A stretch of DNA of 64,000 nt, taken from positions 10,912,001 through 10,976,000 of the forward strand of contig OZ004607.1 in the NCBI GenBank assembly GCA_963924565.1, given 5' to 3'. The position numbers and the translations under genes are program-made. Every line of letters begins with the position of its first letter. Within the stretch, counting starts at the first letter, position 1. Source of the DNA: Ascidiella aspersa. Its lineage: Eukaryota. Under the pieces are notes generated by a model. The model saw nothing but the letters and a program-made list of their open reading frames with translations. It had not been told where the DNA came from and ran no database searches. Of the stretch, positions 15,001 through 27,500 are shown piece by piece.

Positions 15001-16407
15001 TGTTTGGATTTGTGTTTCAGCGCTGGCATCGGAAGAACCGGCTGCTTTATCGCCGTCAGGGCTGGCTGCCAACAACTCCTCGAAATCGGAAAAGTGGACA
15101 TTCTCCGCATCGTGTCCCAGATGAGACTCGACAGGTAGGTTTACTTAAAACTCTAGCGATTTGAAAACTATGTAACTTCATAAAACTGTCGTTTGTGTAG
15201 CTACAAGTGTACAATTTTTCTCATACCAATGTGCTACTTTTCACAAAAAAAACGCCGATCTCAGGTGGAGACACTTGAAAAGCGTTAACTTTTCCATCAT
15301 TGAACCAGAATAAAAGTAGTTTTCTGTTTTGTTAGCTTATCTTGCCATTTTTCTTTTCTGGCGCATATTTACTACTAAAAATAAGTTTTACTGGTATATA
15401 TTTGTTCAGCTAATTATTCACTATTCAGCCGAAACGTTGGACAAACAAATATATACCAGAAGAACTCATTTTTAGTATACTATGCGTGGTAGCAACAGCA
15501 TATTGATTGTCGCATATTTGTTGTAACAATTTTTTTTTGGCATGTTTTAATTTTTCGTTATGTGTTTTGCAGAGGCGGCATGATCCAGACCTGGGAGCAA
15601 TACCAGTTCGTGCACCAGGCCCTCAGTCGATACGCGCGCATTCTGGCCGGGGAGAACGTCACAACCCCCTCGACCACCGGTTCCATCCGCAGCCCCCTTG
15701 GGCCTATCGGGGGCGGTGGCACCCCCAAGCAACAGCAGCAGCCGGCCCCCGTCGAGCCCCAGCGCCCCAGTACACCCAAACACCGCCGTTCCCTCTCGGA
15801 CAACAACAGCCTCCCCGCTTCCAAAGGCATCAAGGTGTGTCAGAAGAGCGAGGGTGGTTCCCCAGCGCCCCAGGAAAAGAGGGTCCCTAAGCGGAAGCCC
15901 AAGCTGCGCCTGGGTAAGCTGCGTGACATCAGTACCGCCCCCTCCTCCCCACTGCCCCAGGAAGAAGCCCCCTCTCCTCGTCTCGTTGTAGTGAAAAGCG
16001 TGTCTTCTCCCACCATTCGCTCTCCCTTTGCGCGACTCTGCCTCCAAGCAAAGGATCTAAACCGCAGCGCCTCACCCGCCTCTTCCGTCAAGTTCGAGTG
16101 GCCGGATCCCACGAAGTCCTCCTCGCAGGAGGAGCGCCTCCCCTCCTCTCGCGGAGGACGGAAGAGCAATGAAAACGATCTCACAATCGAGGTACCCCCT
16201 TCGCCGGCCTGCAACCCCTCACCTACCCAGCTGGGGCGCTTCTCGTTCGACCTGGTAGCAGCACGCAGTGGCCTGTGCAACGGCAGCAACCCACCGTCGC
16301 CCTTCTGCGAAAAAACGCCGCCGGGAAGCGCCAAGAGCACGACACCGCGCGCCGGAGTGCCAACCACCTGCTCACGCTTCGTTTTCCCCGGCGCCGAAGC
16401 GAGATAG
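1..16407 (+). CDS. PTPRR: KIM-family (PTPRR/PTPN5-STEP/PTPN7-like) protein tyrosine phosphatase, 5'-partial, 11 exons in window
   Basis: Phase-consistent GT-AG exons: <1-209, 982-1220, 7532-7646, 8823-8906, 10923-11107, 11763-11932, 13035-13133, 13391-13498, 14039-14205, 15021-15134, 15573-16407 (TAG). The spliced protein has the KIM GLLE|[52 protein letters not shown], the P-loop [11 protein letters not shown] and the Q-loop [11 protein letters not shown]. The basic stretch [15 protein letters not shown] at the window start looks juxtamembrane. The gene is probably co-orthologous to all three vertebrate paralogues. Confidence 0.93.
532..832. mobile_element. hAT-like MITE (degenerate)
   Basis: Inverted termini ctggggttcttaaaact ... 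agttttaagaacccctg with ACCCC subterminal motifs; no clean TSD. Confidence 0.6.
3818..4268. mobile_element. hAT-superfamily MITE with intact TIRs and 8-bp TSD
   Basis: TIR cagtgattctcaacc ... ggttgagaatcactg; identical 8-bp flanks ctctagtc (3810-3817 and 4269-4276); subterminal GAGCCGC repeats; non-coding. Confidence 0.9.
4764..4850. repeat. 23-bp tandem repeat, ~3.7 copies
   Basis: Unit aatttgct(g/t)tgttaactttggag repeated directly. Confidence 0.85.
9770..9990. repeat. Diverged ~130-bp tandem duplication in a PTP intron
   Basis: caagtgtaaatgcttacgtaaaaaggc...ggaaaggggttacgctcg versus caagtgtaaatactgacgtaaaaatgc...ggaaaggggtttcgctcg. Confidence 0.7.
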
Positions 16408-17836
16408 CGGCCTACTACTTTAGTTTGACCCCGATTTCGTGGCCCCAGTTACAGCACGACGTACGCCAAAAATTGCGCCGGAGAGGTGGAACATCCTCAG
16501 ACCAGCTCGATTGCCTTTTTAATCCCATAAATGCGTTCCGAGGGCGTTTAAAACAGTCTTTCAACCTGACAAAACAAGCGAAGCCGCTCTTTACTGACAA
16601 GTCTGGGCGTTTGTATTCGGAGGAACGTTCCCACTGCATCACTGTGCCATCCTGGAAGAACAAACCGCCTCGTGAACTTTAAAAAGATTCCGTTCCCTTC
16701 TACTTCCCGTCCGAGCGGCGTGGTTCTAATTTAAGCTTCTTTTCCACTATAGTATTACTACTCCCTGTGCCATATTACTTTTTCGTCGCGTCGATTTTTC
16801 TTTCGCCTTTAGCCTCTTTTTTACTTCAATTAGAAATCTCGAACCTGACGTTTTCGCGGCGGCTTTCTTATAATTCGGCGCCACTTTTTTGGCTTGTTTT
16901 TATTGTGTTTCTTGCACCACGAGATTAGCGTACAATCATTCGACGTGTTGTGCTGCCCCGCCTTTCCAGAGAGAGCATGCGCAACTTAAAAGTTTTTCCC
17001 TTGCAGTATAAAAACACTTTCTTTACTTTTATTGTGCGACGATCTTTTATCTTCTTCACCACACCAGCTCCGTGTGACCTCCAGCGCGTACGTAATAACG
17101 TACACGCGCTTGATTGCTCAAACTGTGACCACCGCCAAGATTTTTTGCTTCCTCGTTTAAACAATTTCTCCCCGTGCCGACCATTCCCGATTGATTTCCT
17201 TTGCCCTGTGCGAAATTCAATCACATTCCACATCGAACCACAAGATTGACTTCAAATTAACACTCCTGACCTGATCGCGTTACTTGTACATTGGTTTCCG
17301 TTTCAAAACTTGCTTTTTTGCAGCAACGTTTTTTTTGTTCTATTTTCTTTCTTTTGTGCGGCCGCCTTTCTCCGCCTTTCCAACGACGAAAGGCAGCCGT
17401 TCGGGTTTATTAAATTTTTTATCATTTGAAAGTCTCCTGGTCTTCCCTCAATTTGTTAAGCTAGAACAGCAATAAGAGCAGACATATTTTTATTTTTGAT
17501 TGTTTGAGCATATCTTTAAGAGGAGCATCGCTTCGCATTTGCAAAGCAATATGCTTTGATGAATCAGAAAATTGCAAAACTAAAAAATTGAGATACATAA
17601 AAGAAGCCAAGATCCATTAGTTGCGATTAGATTTAAAAAATGTAAATGTTTCGCTTACTTTCATTTGTGTAGTAGTCAAGTAATCTGTAGCCTGGTGGCT
17701 CGTAAAATAATGCATTAAAGTCTTATTTGCGTGAAAACAGGTTTAGTTTGGAGGCATAGCCTAGCATAGAAAATGTGTAAGAGAAACGATTTAGTTCATA
17801 TTTTATTTGACGACGTTTTTAATGGTTTGTTTAGAA

Positions 17837-18149
17837 CGGTGGTTCGCAACCTTTTTTCGTTCGTGGCCCATTAACGTTGCAAAAAAATTATGTGGCCCAA
17901 GAAAAACAGTACAATAGGTTTAGAACAAAACCATGCAGAACGTATTTCAAAACAGAATATTTATTCAACCGTGCATTAAAGAGTTACGTGCAACTGAACA
18001 ATAAGGTTACATTCCTTTTTATTATCTCCCCAAGCCATTATTGCTGTAAAATTAAATATAGTGACACAAATGAAACTAAATCTAGCGTTTTTAAATTGGT
18101 CTGTGGCCCACCTCAAATGTTCTTATGGCCCACTGGTAGAGAACCGCTG
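17837..18149. mobile_element. hAT-superfamily MITE with 8-bp TSD
   Basis: Termini cggtggttcgcaacc ... ggtagagaaccgctg; flanks gtttagaa at 17829-17836 and 18150-18157; TGGCCCA subterminal motifs. Confidence 0.8.
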
Positions 18150-20194
18150 GTTTAGAAACAATTGCTATTCTGTATTAGGAAAAACTTGGACCATCCGAAC
18201 ATAATGTATGTTGTAGTACACCTTCGGCGTTTTTATTTGTGCGCGTTTTTTCAACAAGATAGTAAGCAGAGGTAACTTTTTACACTACTGTTGTGTGATA
18301 TTAAGTGATGAAACGTATAAACTGAGTAAAGTAAGCCGAAAACGACACAATCAGGGTTCCGGAAAAATAATTATTGCCGTAGGCCGTAGACTGCTATGTT
18401 GTTACACCTCCTTCTATTTATTTTGTTGTCAATTGCGTTTTCTTGGAATGTATTCAATCAAAGATTTCGGTTGCAGGTTTGCGCCCAAGAGAGAACGATA
18501 ACTTTAGGTTTTTTAACGCAGCTTTGTGACGTAAATTTTAATTCTTACCGGTAAGAAAAATTGGTCTCAAGCAACAAGACAAAAATTAAAATAACACCAT
18601 CGTCGGAAAAAAATGCAGTTCGGATTAAGGCCAAAATAGGACTAACCTAATACCTTAGTTGAAATCAGGGCTAAATCAGACTAGAACCTAAACCCGTCGG
18701 AAATGTATTACTACCTCAAATAATGATTTCAGTATTACCCCAAATTCGAACCCACCCCTAATCATAAACAAAGATTAACAGTCCTGTGTTAAAACAGCGG
18801 CGACGTTTAACTAGGGCCCAATCGTCCCATACCCTTTTCTTGCTACTTTGTTCTTTATTCATAAAATCATGTTACTCAATGAAGTTTTGTCCGTCTGGTC
18901 TTGTCACTGAGTCTTTTGCGCCCCGTAGGGGTCTTTGTCACGGAGAAGAATACTCGTTTTTTTATTATTATAGGCATGGTTATGATTATTCTCAACAGCA
19001 CCTTATAATCAATGTTTCGAGATAAAAAATATTACCGACCATTAACCTACCCTATTTCCTAAACAGAAAACTTCCTACGTGCTTTTCATATCTTAGAGTC
19101 GCCATATTTGATGAGGCACAATTCTGACAAACAGGATTATTGTTTGTGGGGCCATAAAAAGCGGAGATCGCGAAGGGCTGCCACACAACTTTATAAAACA
19201 AATTCAAAGATGATTTTTATAACATAACTCGACAACAAACCAGTTTTAATGCCATGGTCAACAAACTCAACATCAGATAAAGGTTATACACTTGGTGGCT
19301 TAGCACAAAATCAGGTTTCATTCTTTGCTAGTGCATCGGTTTTGGGTAGACCACGCAAGAAAATATACTCACTCACTTCGGAACCGCTAAAGCACTGTAA
19401 ACCGTAAAGGTGGAACAGCAAAGGAACCTATATTTCCTACCCAAATGTGGTGACTAGATCAGTCATGTAACAACCATAAAAATGGATTGCTGTATACCCA
19501 CCCTATTTTCATTGCCGGATGGGTGGCATACAGTGCTGTAATTTAAAGCCGGCCTCAGTATTCGACCAAGTTGGTATGTTTTATGGGAATTGCACTCGGG
19601 ACTGGGCTTTAATGTCTACTCCGCTGTCGGATCCAGGATTCCAACTCACTTTGTTTTTAACTGAATTCACAGCCCTGGTTTAAACTTAAAAGTCGAATGT
19701 TTTTTATGGAGCATAAGCCGGGACGTTGAGCGATTTTTTGGTGGGAATGTGGATTTACATCAGCAGCACCATTTACCCGCCCTCTGTACACTTCGGATTC
19801 TTCCGCTACGCACAGAGCAATGTGTCGTTCCCAATTCAACGGCAACCATGACGTCTTCTACGCTGATAACAGGTTGACGTTCGAATTGTTTGTTTAGTCA
19901 CAGTGTAATTCGCATCTAACTGACCTGCTGGTGTTAAAATTATAGAACCACATTTGTCAATCGTTTGTTATTTAAACAACTGTTAACACCCTAGGATGTT
20001 CGTTGTTTTGGTTTACTCCAACGCATTTATTAATGTACGATAGTTCATTATTTACAAAAATTATTATAGGCTTTCTACATGAAAAAATACCATGTATTGT
20101 TGCTTTGCATTACGTAAATATCTAAATGCCTAACAGTCAAATCTTGTTGTTTTGCAGACTTTTTACAAAGCACAACCACTTCAAACCCTTATAG

Positions 20195-20737
20195 ACCTCC
20201 AATTAGTGAATTCTATTCTGTTTCTTATGTCATGTATGCCTTTGTATGGCATCATTGGCTTCTGTATTACTCTTGTTGTTGGACATATTGTCTCGTTTTT
20301 AACGGGTAATTATTTGTTATTACAATTATACATTCTCCGCAAAACTCTCAATTTTTCTGAAATGATTGACATTGTTAGATTCATGTTTATCATCTTGGTG
20401 TATAGTTTGCATGTTTAATCCTAAATTCAATCGCTTTAGAGTTCATTCTACTTGATATTTATAACTCTCTAACAATAAACGTTTTTTTTGCCTTCACAAT
20501 ATTTTTTACTATTATTTCACGACAGGTTTCCAGCACCCCAGCAAACTTCCACGTGGTGTCACCATTCCCTTCTTCGACCATGTGATTTTCAAATGGATTC
20601 CCGCCAAAACCCGGCGCTTTCTTTGGTGCGAAGTTCCGTACGACAAATAAGAGAGCGAGCCCCAATTTGCAGATGAAGAAAAGAAGGGTGAGATTGACAT
20701 AGGAAAGTCCCCCAAGATTGAAAACAACTTGGCGTAA
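20195..20737 (+). pseudogene. SLC5A8/SLC5A12/SLC5A6-like sodium:solute symporter, last two exons, disrupted
   Basis: Exon 20195-20305 reads PPISEFYSVSY, then shifts frame to LYGIIGFCITLVVGHIVSFLTG (last TM helix of SMCT-type SLC5). Exon 20526-20737 reads FQHPSKLPRGVTIPFFDHVIFKWIPAKTRRFLWCEVPYDK*ESEP...NLA*. No intact upstream exons were recognised. Confidence 0.72.
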
Positions 20738-22100
20738 GCTAATTACGATGATGATGCTTCGTCTAATGGTGAACCATCGTTCACAACAGCTTTGTCAATT
20801 CCACCTTTGTTTTCCACGTTTATTTTTTGTTCCGTTTATCTCCGCATATTCAAAATAATTTTATTTTCGTATAATACGATCCATAATTTAAAAAAAAAAA
20901 GATTTAAAAATCTAAATGAAATTTATTCATAAAATTTGTATTGTACTTTTTATGTTTTAATTTTAACACTTTTTACTAAAACTCTTTAGTCTGCTTTATG
21001 CGAAACTGCAATTATGTTTTTACAAACTTGTTTAGGATTTTTAAAACAGTTTTGTTTTTGTCATGTGCTTATAACGTCGAAATGATTGTTTTACTAATTA
21101 TTCAACTTTCCACATTGCGACAAGTTCGGATGTAATCCATTTACATTTGACGGAACACGCGGAAACAAACGATACTATTTGCCAGAAGAGCTCTACAAAC
21201 CTGATATTATGCCTGGTAGCAATAGCTTATATAAACGATACTAGTTTGTAGCTTATCCTGAAAGGATATATAACTGATAGTCATTTTAAAGTTTGTCGAC
21301 TGCCTCAACGAGCAACAGGTTGGTCTATTTTTAAGGTAAAGCATCTGATAAAAACATATTAATTTCTCACTGTTGTCTACTAGCTGACTTTTTAAAAAAT
21401 TCACTGCCAAAAACAACTGTTCGAACATTAATTGTCAAAAACATTTACTAATTTCATTACAGTTAATTTTTTATGTTAATTAATTCGCATTCTCGTAATA
21501 GTGATTGGTATTTAATAGTTGTCCTCGCGACCCCCAAAGAAAAGGTAAAAGATGCACCGGGAATCACGACCCCCAGGTTGAAAACCATTGATCTTGATGT
21601 TTTGACAAACAAGTTAAAAATCTAAAAGTAATATATTTGCATCTATAAATAGTTAGGCTAGGGTTGGCTACAAATATAGTCTTAGGGTTTTACAACGTGG
21701 TGCCAATAAAGTGGAAATATTAAACTTTACAAATTCGTCTTGCATATTTAAAAAAATAAATGCTTTTTATATTAAGTACACTTACAGGTTGAACATTTTG
21801 GGCGAATCCATTTTTTGAAGTTAAATAGTAATATTTAGATTTTGATCACTTCCTCTCGAAGCAGGTGTTTTCACAGTAAGCGCAATCCCAATTGGTGTTA
21901 TAATGGTTACAATTCTTGACATTCAGTAGCAAAAAACATTCAATCTTGTTTATAACTGATTTCAAGACATAAAATCCAACGAATAGAAAAGTAATAAATA
22001 TGGTTGTGCGTGACTGACGTTCAGTAGTAGCCTACAGTGAAGAGGAATTGAACCAACGAGATACAAATGTATAAGCCCTAATGTTGTGTAACTTTATGTC

Positions 22101-22280
22101 AGGGATTTTGAGTCGTACTCGAGTAAGACTATGTAAAACTATTCAAGCTATAGTCCGACGTGCGCAGTACAAAGTTTTGGGTAAACTACAGACTAACACT
22201 AGAGAGTCGGACCTGGACTCGACGAAATCGCAAATTTGGAAGTCGAACTCGGGTATTCTCAAACACCTCCGCAGCCTTAC
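22101..22280. mobile_element. MITE-like element with GAGTC/GACTC repeats (same family as 58058-58360)
   Basis: cagggattttgagtcg ... ctccgcagcctt with internal gagtcggacctggactcg and cgaactcggg; shares blocks with the copy at 58058. Confidence 0.55.
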
Positions 22281-23504
22281 ATTTCGTAAATACAAAATTT
22301 CGAACAAACTTTCCATTTGACAATTATCTAAAACGATATTCGTGAAAATATTTTCGAAATATTTAAAAACCCAAACTTTTAAGCACTTTTAAAGGTTTTT
22401 CCAAACTCAGATCCTGGCAAAAAAGGACATTTTTTTGCCTGCAAGTCAAATGAAAGTGGAATTGTTATGCTTGAGAAAAACGTACCATATCCACAAGTAA
22501 TGCATTCAGCTTCGAAATTAATACGTCCTTCTCTGAAACAAGGATACTTCTGGCGTAGCTCACCAGAAGCGCGAAAAAATGAGTTTAAAATTAAACATTG
22601 CGTTATCGTTTTTCAAAAGGTGTGGCGACAAACAATACAAAGGTAATATTACAAAAACATTATAGAATCGCGCAAAAAAAAAGTTCGAGTCGCCCTGTTT
22701 TTAGCCTGTTATCATGTATGGATAAAAAAAGTTCAAACAGTGGATGACTTTTTTTCGTTTATCTTTATAAAAGTTAGTAAAATTGTAAATATATAGGGTC
22801 GTTATACCTTCGATGATATGTAAACATACAATGAAACTCAAAGAGACTTTGTGCTAAAAAAGTAGAAAACACAAAAATTGCGCGCTCCGCGCAAATTTTT
22901 GGCATTTTCAATGTTAAAGTTGGCAAAAGCACAGTTTGTACAGCGCTATAGAAAAGTCAAGGTGTTTTATGGATTATAAAAAGTGCGTCGTGTTTTTTGG
23001 CGATAGATTTAGCTTGCTGAGGGATTTTTGGATTACAGAATGTCAGTAGGTTATTCCTAAAATGCAAACTGTTGATCTTCGAAAAGACCACGTTTATGAA
23101 AATGAAGTGTTATTGAAATATGTAACAATAAATAAAAAAAATGGACAATTTGCGATAAAAGTTACTGCTGATTAAGTGGGCATTGTGACACATTTTCTGC
23201 TTTTATGCGTTAATATGGTTTAATTGTTTCGCAGTTCCTGATTTACAATGCTTCCACGACGATTTTTTACTAAAATTACTCTCAAGAAACACAAAAACTT
23301 TGTCAAAAGCCATAATTTGACAAATTTTGACTTTATTAAAAAATTTTAACTTTATTGTAAATTGAGACTTTATTTTGACCTATAAACTTCTTAGAAACAG
23401 CCCCCTAGGTGCTGAAAACAATTTTATTCTTTGATTCGTGCACAGACGAGGACCTTAATTTTTTTTTAACTTTATTGACTTTTACGGGCCCTACTTATGA
23501 TACA

Positions 23505-23581
23505 ATATTTCAGTCATGACTAAAATGCAAATACTTTCAGTCATGACTAAAATGCAATATTTCAGTCATGACTAAAATGCA
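23505..23581. repeat. ~26-bp tandem repeat x3
   Basis: tttcagtcatgactaaaatgca occurs three times, each containing the palindrome agtcatgact. Confidence 0.8.
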
Positions 23582-23628
23582 CAAAATGAAAAATAAAACG
23601 AAAAAAGTTAGTTTGCGCAGGATTGAAT

Positions 23629-24181
23629 CAGGGTTCTTAACCTTTTTTCCCTTATTACCCATTTCTGTCCAGATCAAAGTCCCATTACCCAAAGTCTGAT
23701 TTATTTATTTTGCTATTTTCCATACTAAAAATATAAAACAGCGTTATTCAACAAAATATAGCTCGCCCGTCTCAACACTAACTCTAAATGTACACTTAGC
23801 AATACTACTCTAAACAATTTCACTAAGAATACCTTCAAAAATAAACGCTAACAGGACGCAGCCAACAAGCTTGGTTATAAAACAGCTGTAACTAAACTGA
23901 TAAGGAAACGATAGCTAGGCTAGCGGACAGACGAAAAATCTTACTATTCTGTCACACAAAATACGTAAAACCGGCGACAAAAATGATCACTATGGCGAAA
24001 CAATTCAAAACATTATAAAATATTACTGTCCTTGTGAGGAAATAAAGCAACCCTACCACTTACAGCTGTGACCATTGTTTGTTACATCTGCAATTCTAAA
24101 TATTCTGGTTCAGCTGATTACCCATCTGTTATCCTGAAATTACCCACATGTGGGTAATAACCTATAGGTTAAGAATCGCTG
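23629..24181. mobile_element. hAT-like MITE
   Basis: Termini cagggttcttaacc ... ggttaagaatcgctg with ATTACCC subterminal repeats at both ends. Confidence 0.6.
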
Positions 24182-24592
24182 CCTTAGAGCGACCCATTTT
24201 TTGACCCTACGCTACCCATGTTTGGGTCGCGACCCATACTTACCCACTGATTTATGCCTTGCAAAAACGCTAGCAAATCAGACAAAAACGGTCAGCAGAA
24301 AAATCAGCATTTTTGATAGTTTATGTTTATTTTTGCATCGTGGTGCGAGATTTTAAACAGACGTGATCGTTATTAAAACTGGACGGAGTTCTCTTTGAAT
24401 GTCAAAAAGTTTCATGATTGTCAGTAGAGGCAGTGCACCGCAGTGTGTAGCAACAGTATAATGCTTTTTTTTACTTTCATAAAATGTAGCACCGTAAGCG
24501 AAGAACGAGGACTACTCTTCGACCGTTCGCATCAATTCATCAGTTTTACTGAACAGACAACCTTCAAAAATGCTAGAATTCTTTTGATGGCT

Positions 24593-27500
24593 TCACGAGC
24601 TTTGTGCTGGCCATCGTGGAACGAAGCTGAGACCACGAAGAGAAATCTGTGTTTAAGCAATGTGTCAAGATTTAAAAAATATTATTCAGCCACTTGTACT
24701 TGCACCAAAGTTATGTCGTCTAGTGCCTTAAAAAAACAGTGTTGTGATAAAAAGTATATATATTTCCTTTGTTTCTTGTGGTGACTAAATAAATATCCAC
24801 CGAACTCGTTTAAAAAGTAATCAAAAAATTAGGTAATTCGTCCCAGTTTGGGCAGTTTCAACTTCTTTACCTTTGCGGCGACTCGACTTCGAACAAGAGC
24901 TAGCGGCACCGGACCGTAGTGGCGCGAGTCATGTGACGCGGCCTCGTTGTCGCCGACCAACCAGATGTGGCCACGTGGCACGAAGCGCCGTGATTGGACG
25001 GGATACAGGCGATCCTCGTCGATGGTGTGGCCGCTGCTGCAGAAGAAAACAGAGCATCGGGGTCAGTCAAAAAACAACGCGTGAAAACCTAAAGCTACGG
25101 GGTTGTGCACAGTTTATCAGGACTCCGGTTCCGGTTTATGGTATTAGAATTGGGAAAAACAACGAAAAACTTGAATGGTGTTTATCGCTTTCTTCTGCCT
25201 TCGAAACTGAATTCAAACAATTCTTCCATTGTTTTTTTTTTTTTCTAATCGTTTGGCTGCTATATATATTTTTTGCCCAGTTGCGATTCATTGCCCTGAT
25301 AAATATTTCCTGTATAGGCTTTCGAAACGTCGGTACATTTATTAATAAAAATATTTGCGGGAAGAATAATTTTATAATTGAATTAATAGGCCACTTGAAA
25401 CTCAATGAAAAAGCGCAATATGTTAAAAGCTTTTCAAGAAACTTTATCTTGGGATGAATAAATTGGTTTACATCAGGGTTGCCAACAGACTATAAAAAAT
25501 ACAGTTTTATACTTGAACGCTCGTCCTTGTGCCGACGTGTGGGGTTAAGGCCCAGGGATAAGAAGTGTGTAATTCCACGAAAAGTCGAAATGACCTAATT
25601 ACGGCCGCATATAAGATCTTTGATCTCCCATACGAAATCGGTTTGCCTAATAAGAAATTCGACAAACCCTTACCATTTTAACTAAACAAGTGGTTCTTGC
25701 GTGATCTGTCAATATGTTCTCGGTCTAACATTCACATACTGGCAAAATAAGCTTAGTAACCAAACAATTATAATGTCTGTAATGTTTGTGTTATTTTAGT
25801 CTGAACATAAGGTTTGCGTGCTTCCTGACATTGGTGAGAAAACGGAGAAGAAACGGAAGCAGCTCGTACAAAATGCAAAGAAACTGGGTTGGCGGCCGAA
25901 CAAAACTTGCGATGTAAGTTATCTCTGCTGTTACTCACAGAAACACTTTTAACCAATTGTACAAATTCGTTGTCAGTTAGTTAAAGGTAGAATATATAAA
26001 CCTAAATTGAAATTTATCAAAAAGCAAGCTAGAAAAATAATAATAAGTAATAAAATATTGTTATGGGCCTATGGGTGATTAGAATATGTTAAGCAATCAA
26101 ATTGTTTATAATTTGAAAGTGTGTGTGATACACCTCAATTGTTATTTAGTTTGTTGCAATTTTTCTGGTGTATGTTTTTTTCATCTGTGTTAATCTATTC
26201 CGATTTGGGAGGTTTGAAGAGCATCGATTATATGACGGGCGCTGTACGTGTTATATTAAATTCACGAAAAATCGTAAATTGTCAAGGACATTAAATTTAA
26301 ACACCCCTGAAATAAATCTCAGATATGTGAGAAGGAATCAAACAAATGCTCAGTAATCAAGGCGTTTGAATAAAACGTATCTCGTTAAGTTAACGATTTT
26401 GACATCCGCTATTTTTTTAAACGTCCTGTATCAGAGAGAGTAAATACGTTTTTAAATATTTATGGAGCACATAGCGCAATTTGAAGATTACTCGACAGGT
26501 ACGGTGAAGACTTCCATCTTACTGTGTAAATCCAAGTCGACCGATCAGTGTAGAAAACAAATCATTTTAAAATGTCTCAAGTCCAAGTCAAGTCTTTTTG
26601 AATAAAGAACAAGTTGAGTCAAAGTCCAAGCCATAATGAGAGCAGTCAAACTCAAGTCACGTTCTTGTGATAAAAATGAAATGTTAAACTACTAGAATTT
26701 TTAAACTTGTAGGATTTAAAAAAATAACAACTAAAAAAAAAACAAAAAAACCCCGCAACATATAGCAAGCAAATTGTTTTATGTGGAAAAATTTTGATAA
26801 ATAGCTCAATATTATAAAAAATGCCTCAAGAAACATTTTATTTTAACCCAATTTATTTGTCCAAAAGGCAAGTCAAGTCATTTTGCCCAAATGACTTGAG
26901 TCAAGTCATTTGAAAACAGTGACTTTAATCCACTTAAGTGATTACAACACTGCATCGATCACCTTCGATTCAGTTTCATAATAATTTGTGTCTGGGTACG
27001 ACAGTGGTTCTCAAGTATGGGTCGATCTAACCCTAAGGTGAATCAATCCTGTGTAAACTAACTTTTTTCGTTTCAGTTTTCAATTCAATCATGACTGAAA
27101 TATTGCAGCATAAGCATTTCATGTGGCAACCTGGATTATTGCATCATAAGTGGTTTTTTGAACGTTTTGATGGCAGCCAGCTACAGTAGCTGCTATTAGC
27201 CGGCTAAGACTGGTGTAAGCGGTAGCCACACAGTTACTTTATTACTTTTTTAGAAGATTATTCGGCACTGGTCTAGAATCCTACCACAGCGTTCATACAA
27301 TTACTAAATTGCCGCACAATGTTTGAGTGAGGGTTAGCGTTTGGGTGTGGGTGGGTTGGTCAAGCATTATTATATTTATTAACCCAAATGCTAAGCCGCA
27401 CAATAAACGAAATAAAAATGCGCGTTGTGGTAGGATTGTAGACCAGCGGTAGGTTCGTTTTTTTCAATGCGAGCTATAGGTTCGTTTTCTTCAATGCGAG

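Noticed and set aside
15547-16367. Minus-strand ORFs over the last PTP exon (similarly 45635-47211 over Unkempt)
   Set aside because: These are antisense shadows of GC-rich real exons.
20648-20650. In-frame TAA codons as evidence of a variant genetic code or readthrough
   Set aside because: Unkempt terminates normally at TAA, and the affected segments also carry frameshifts, so decay is the simpler explanation.
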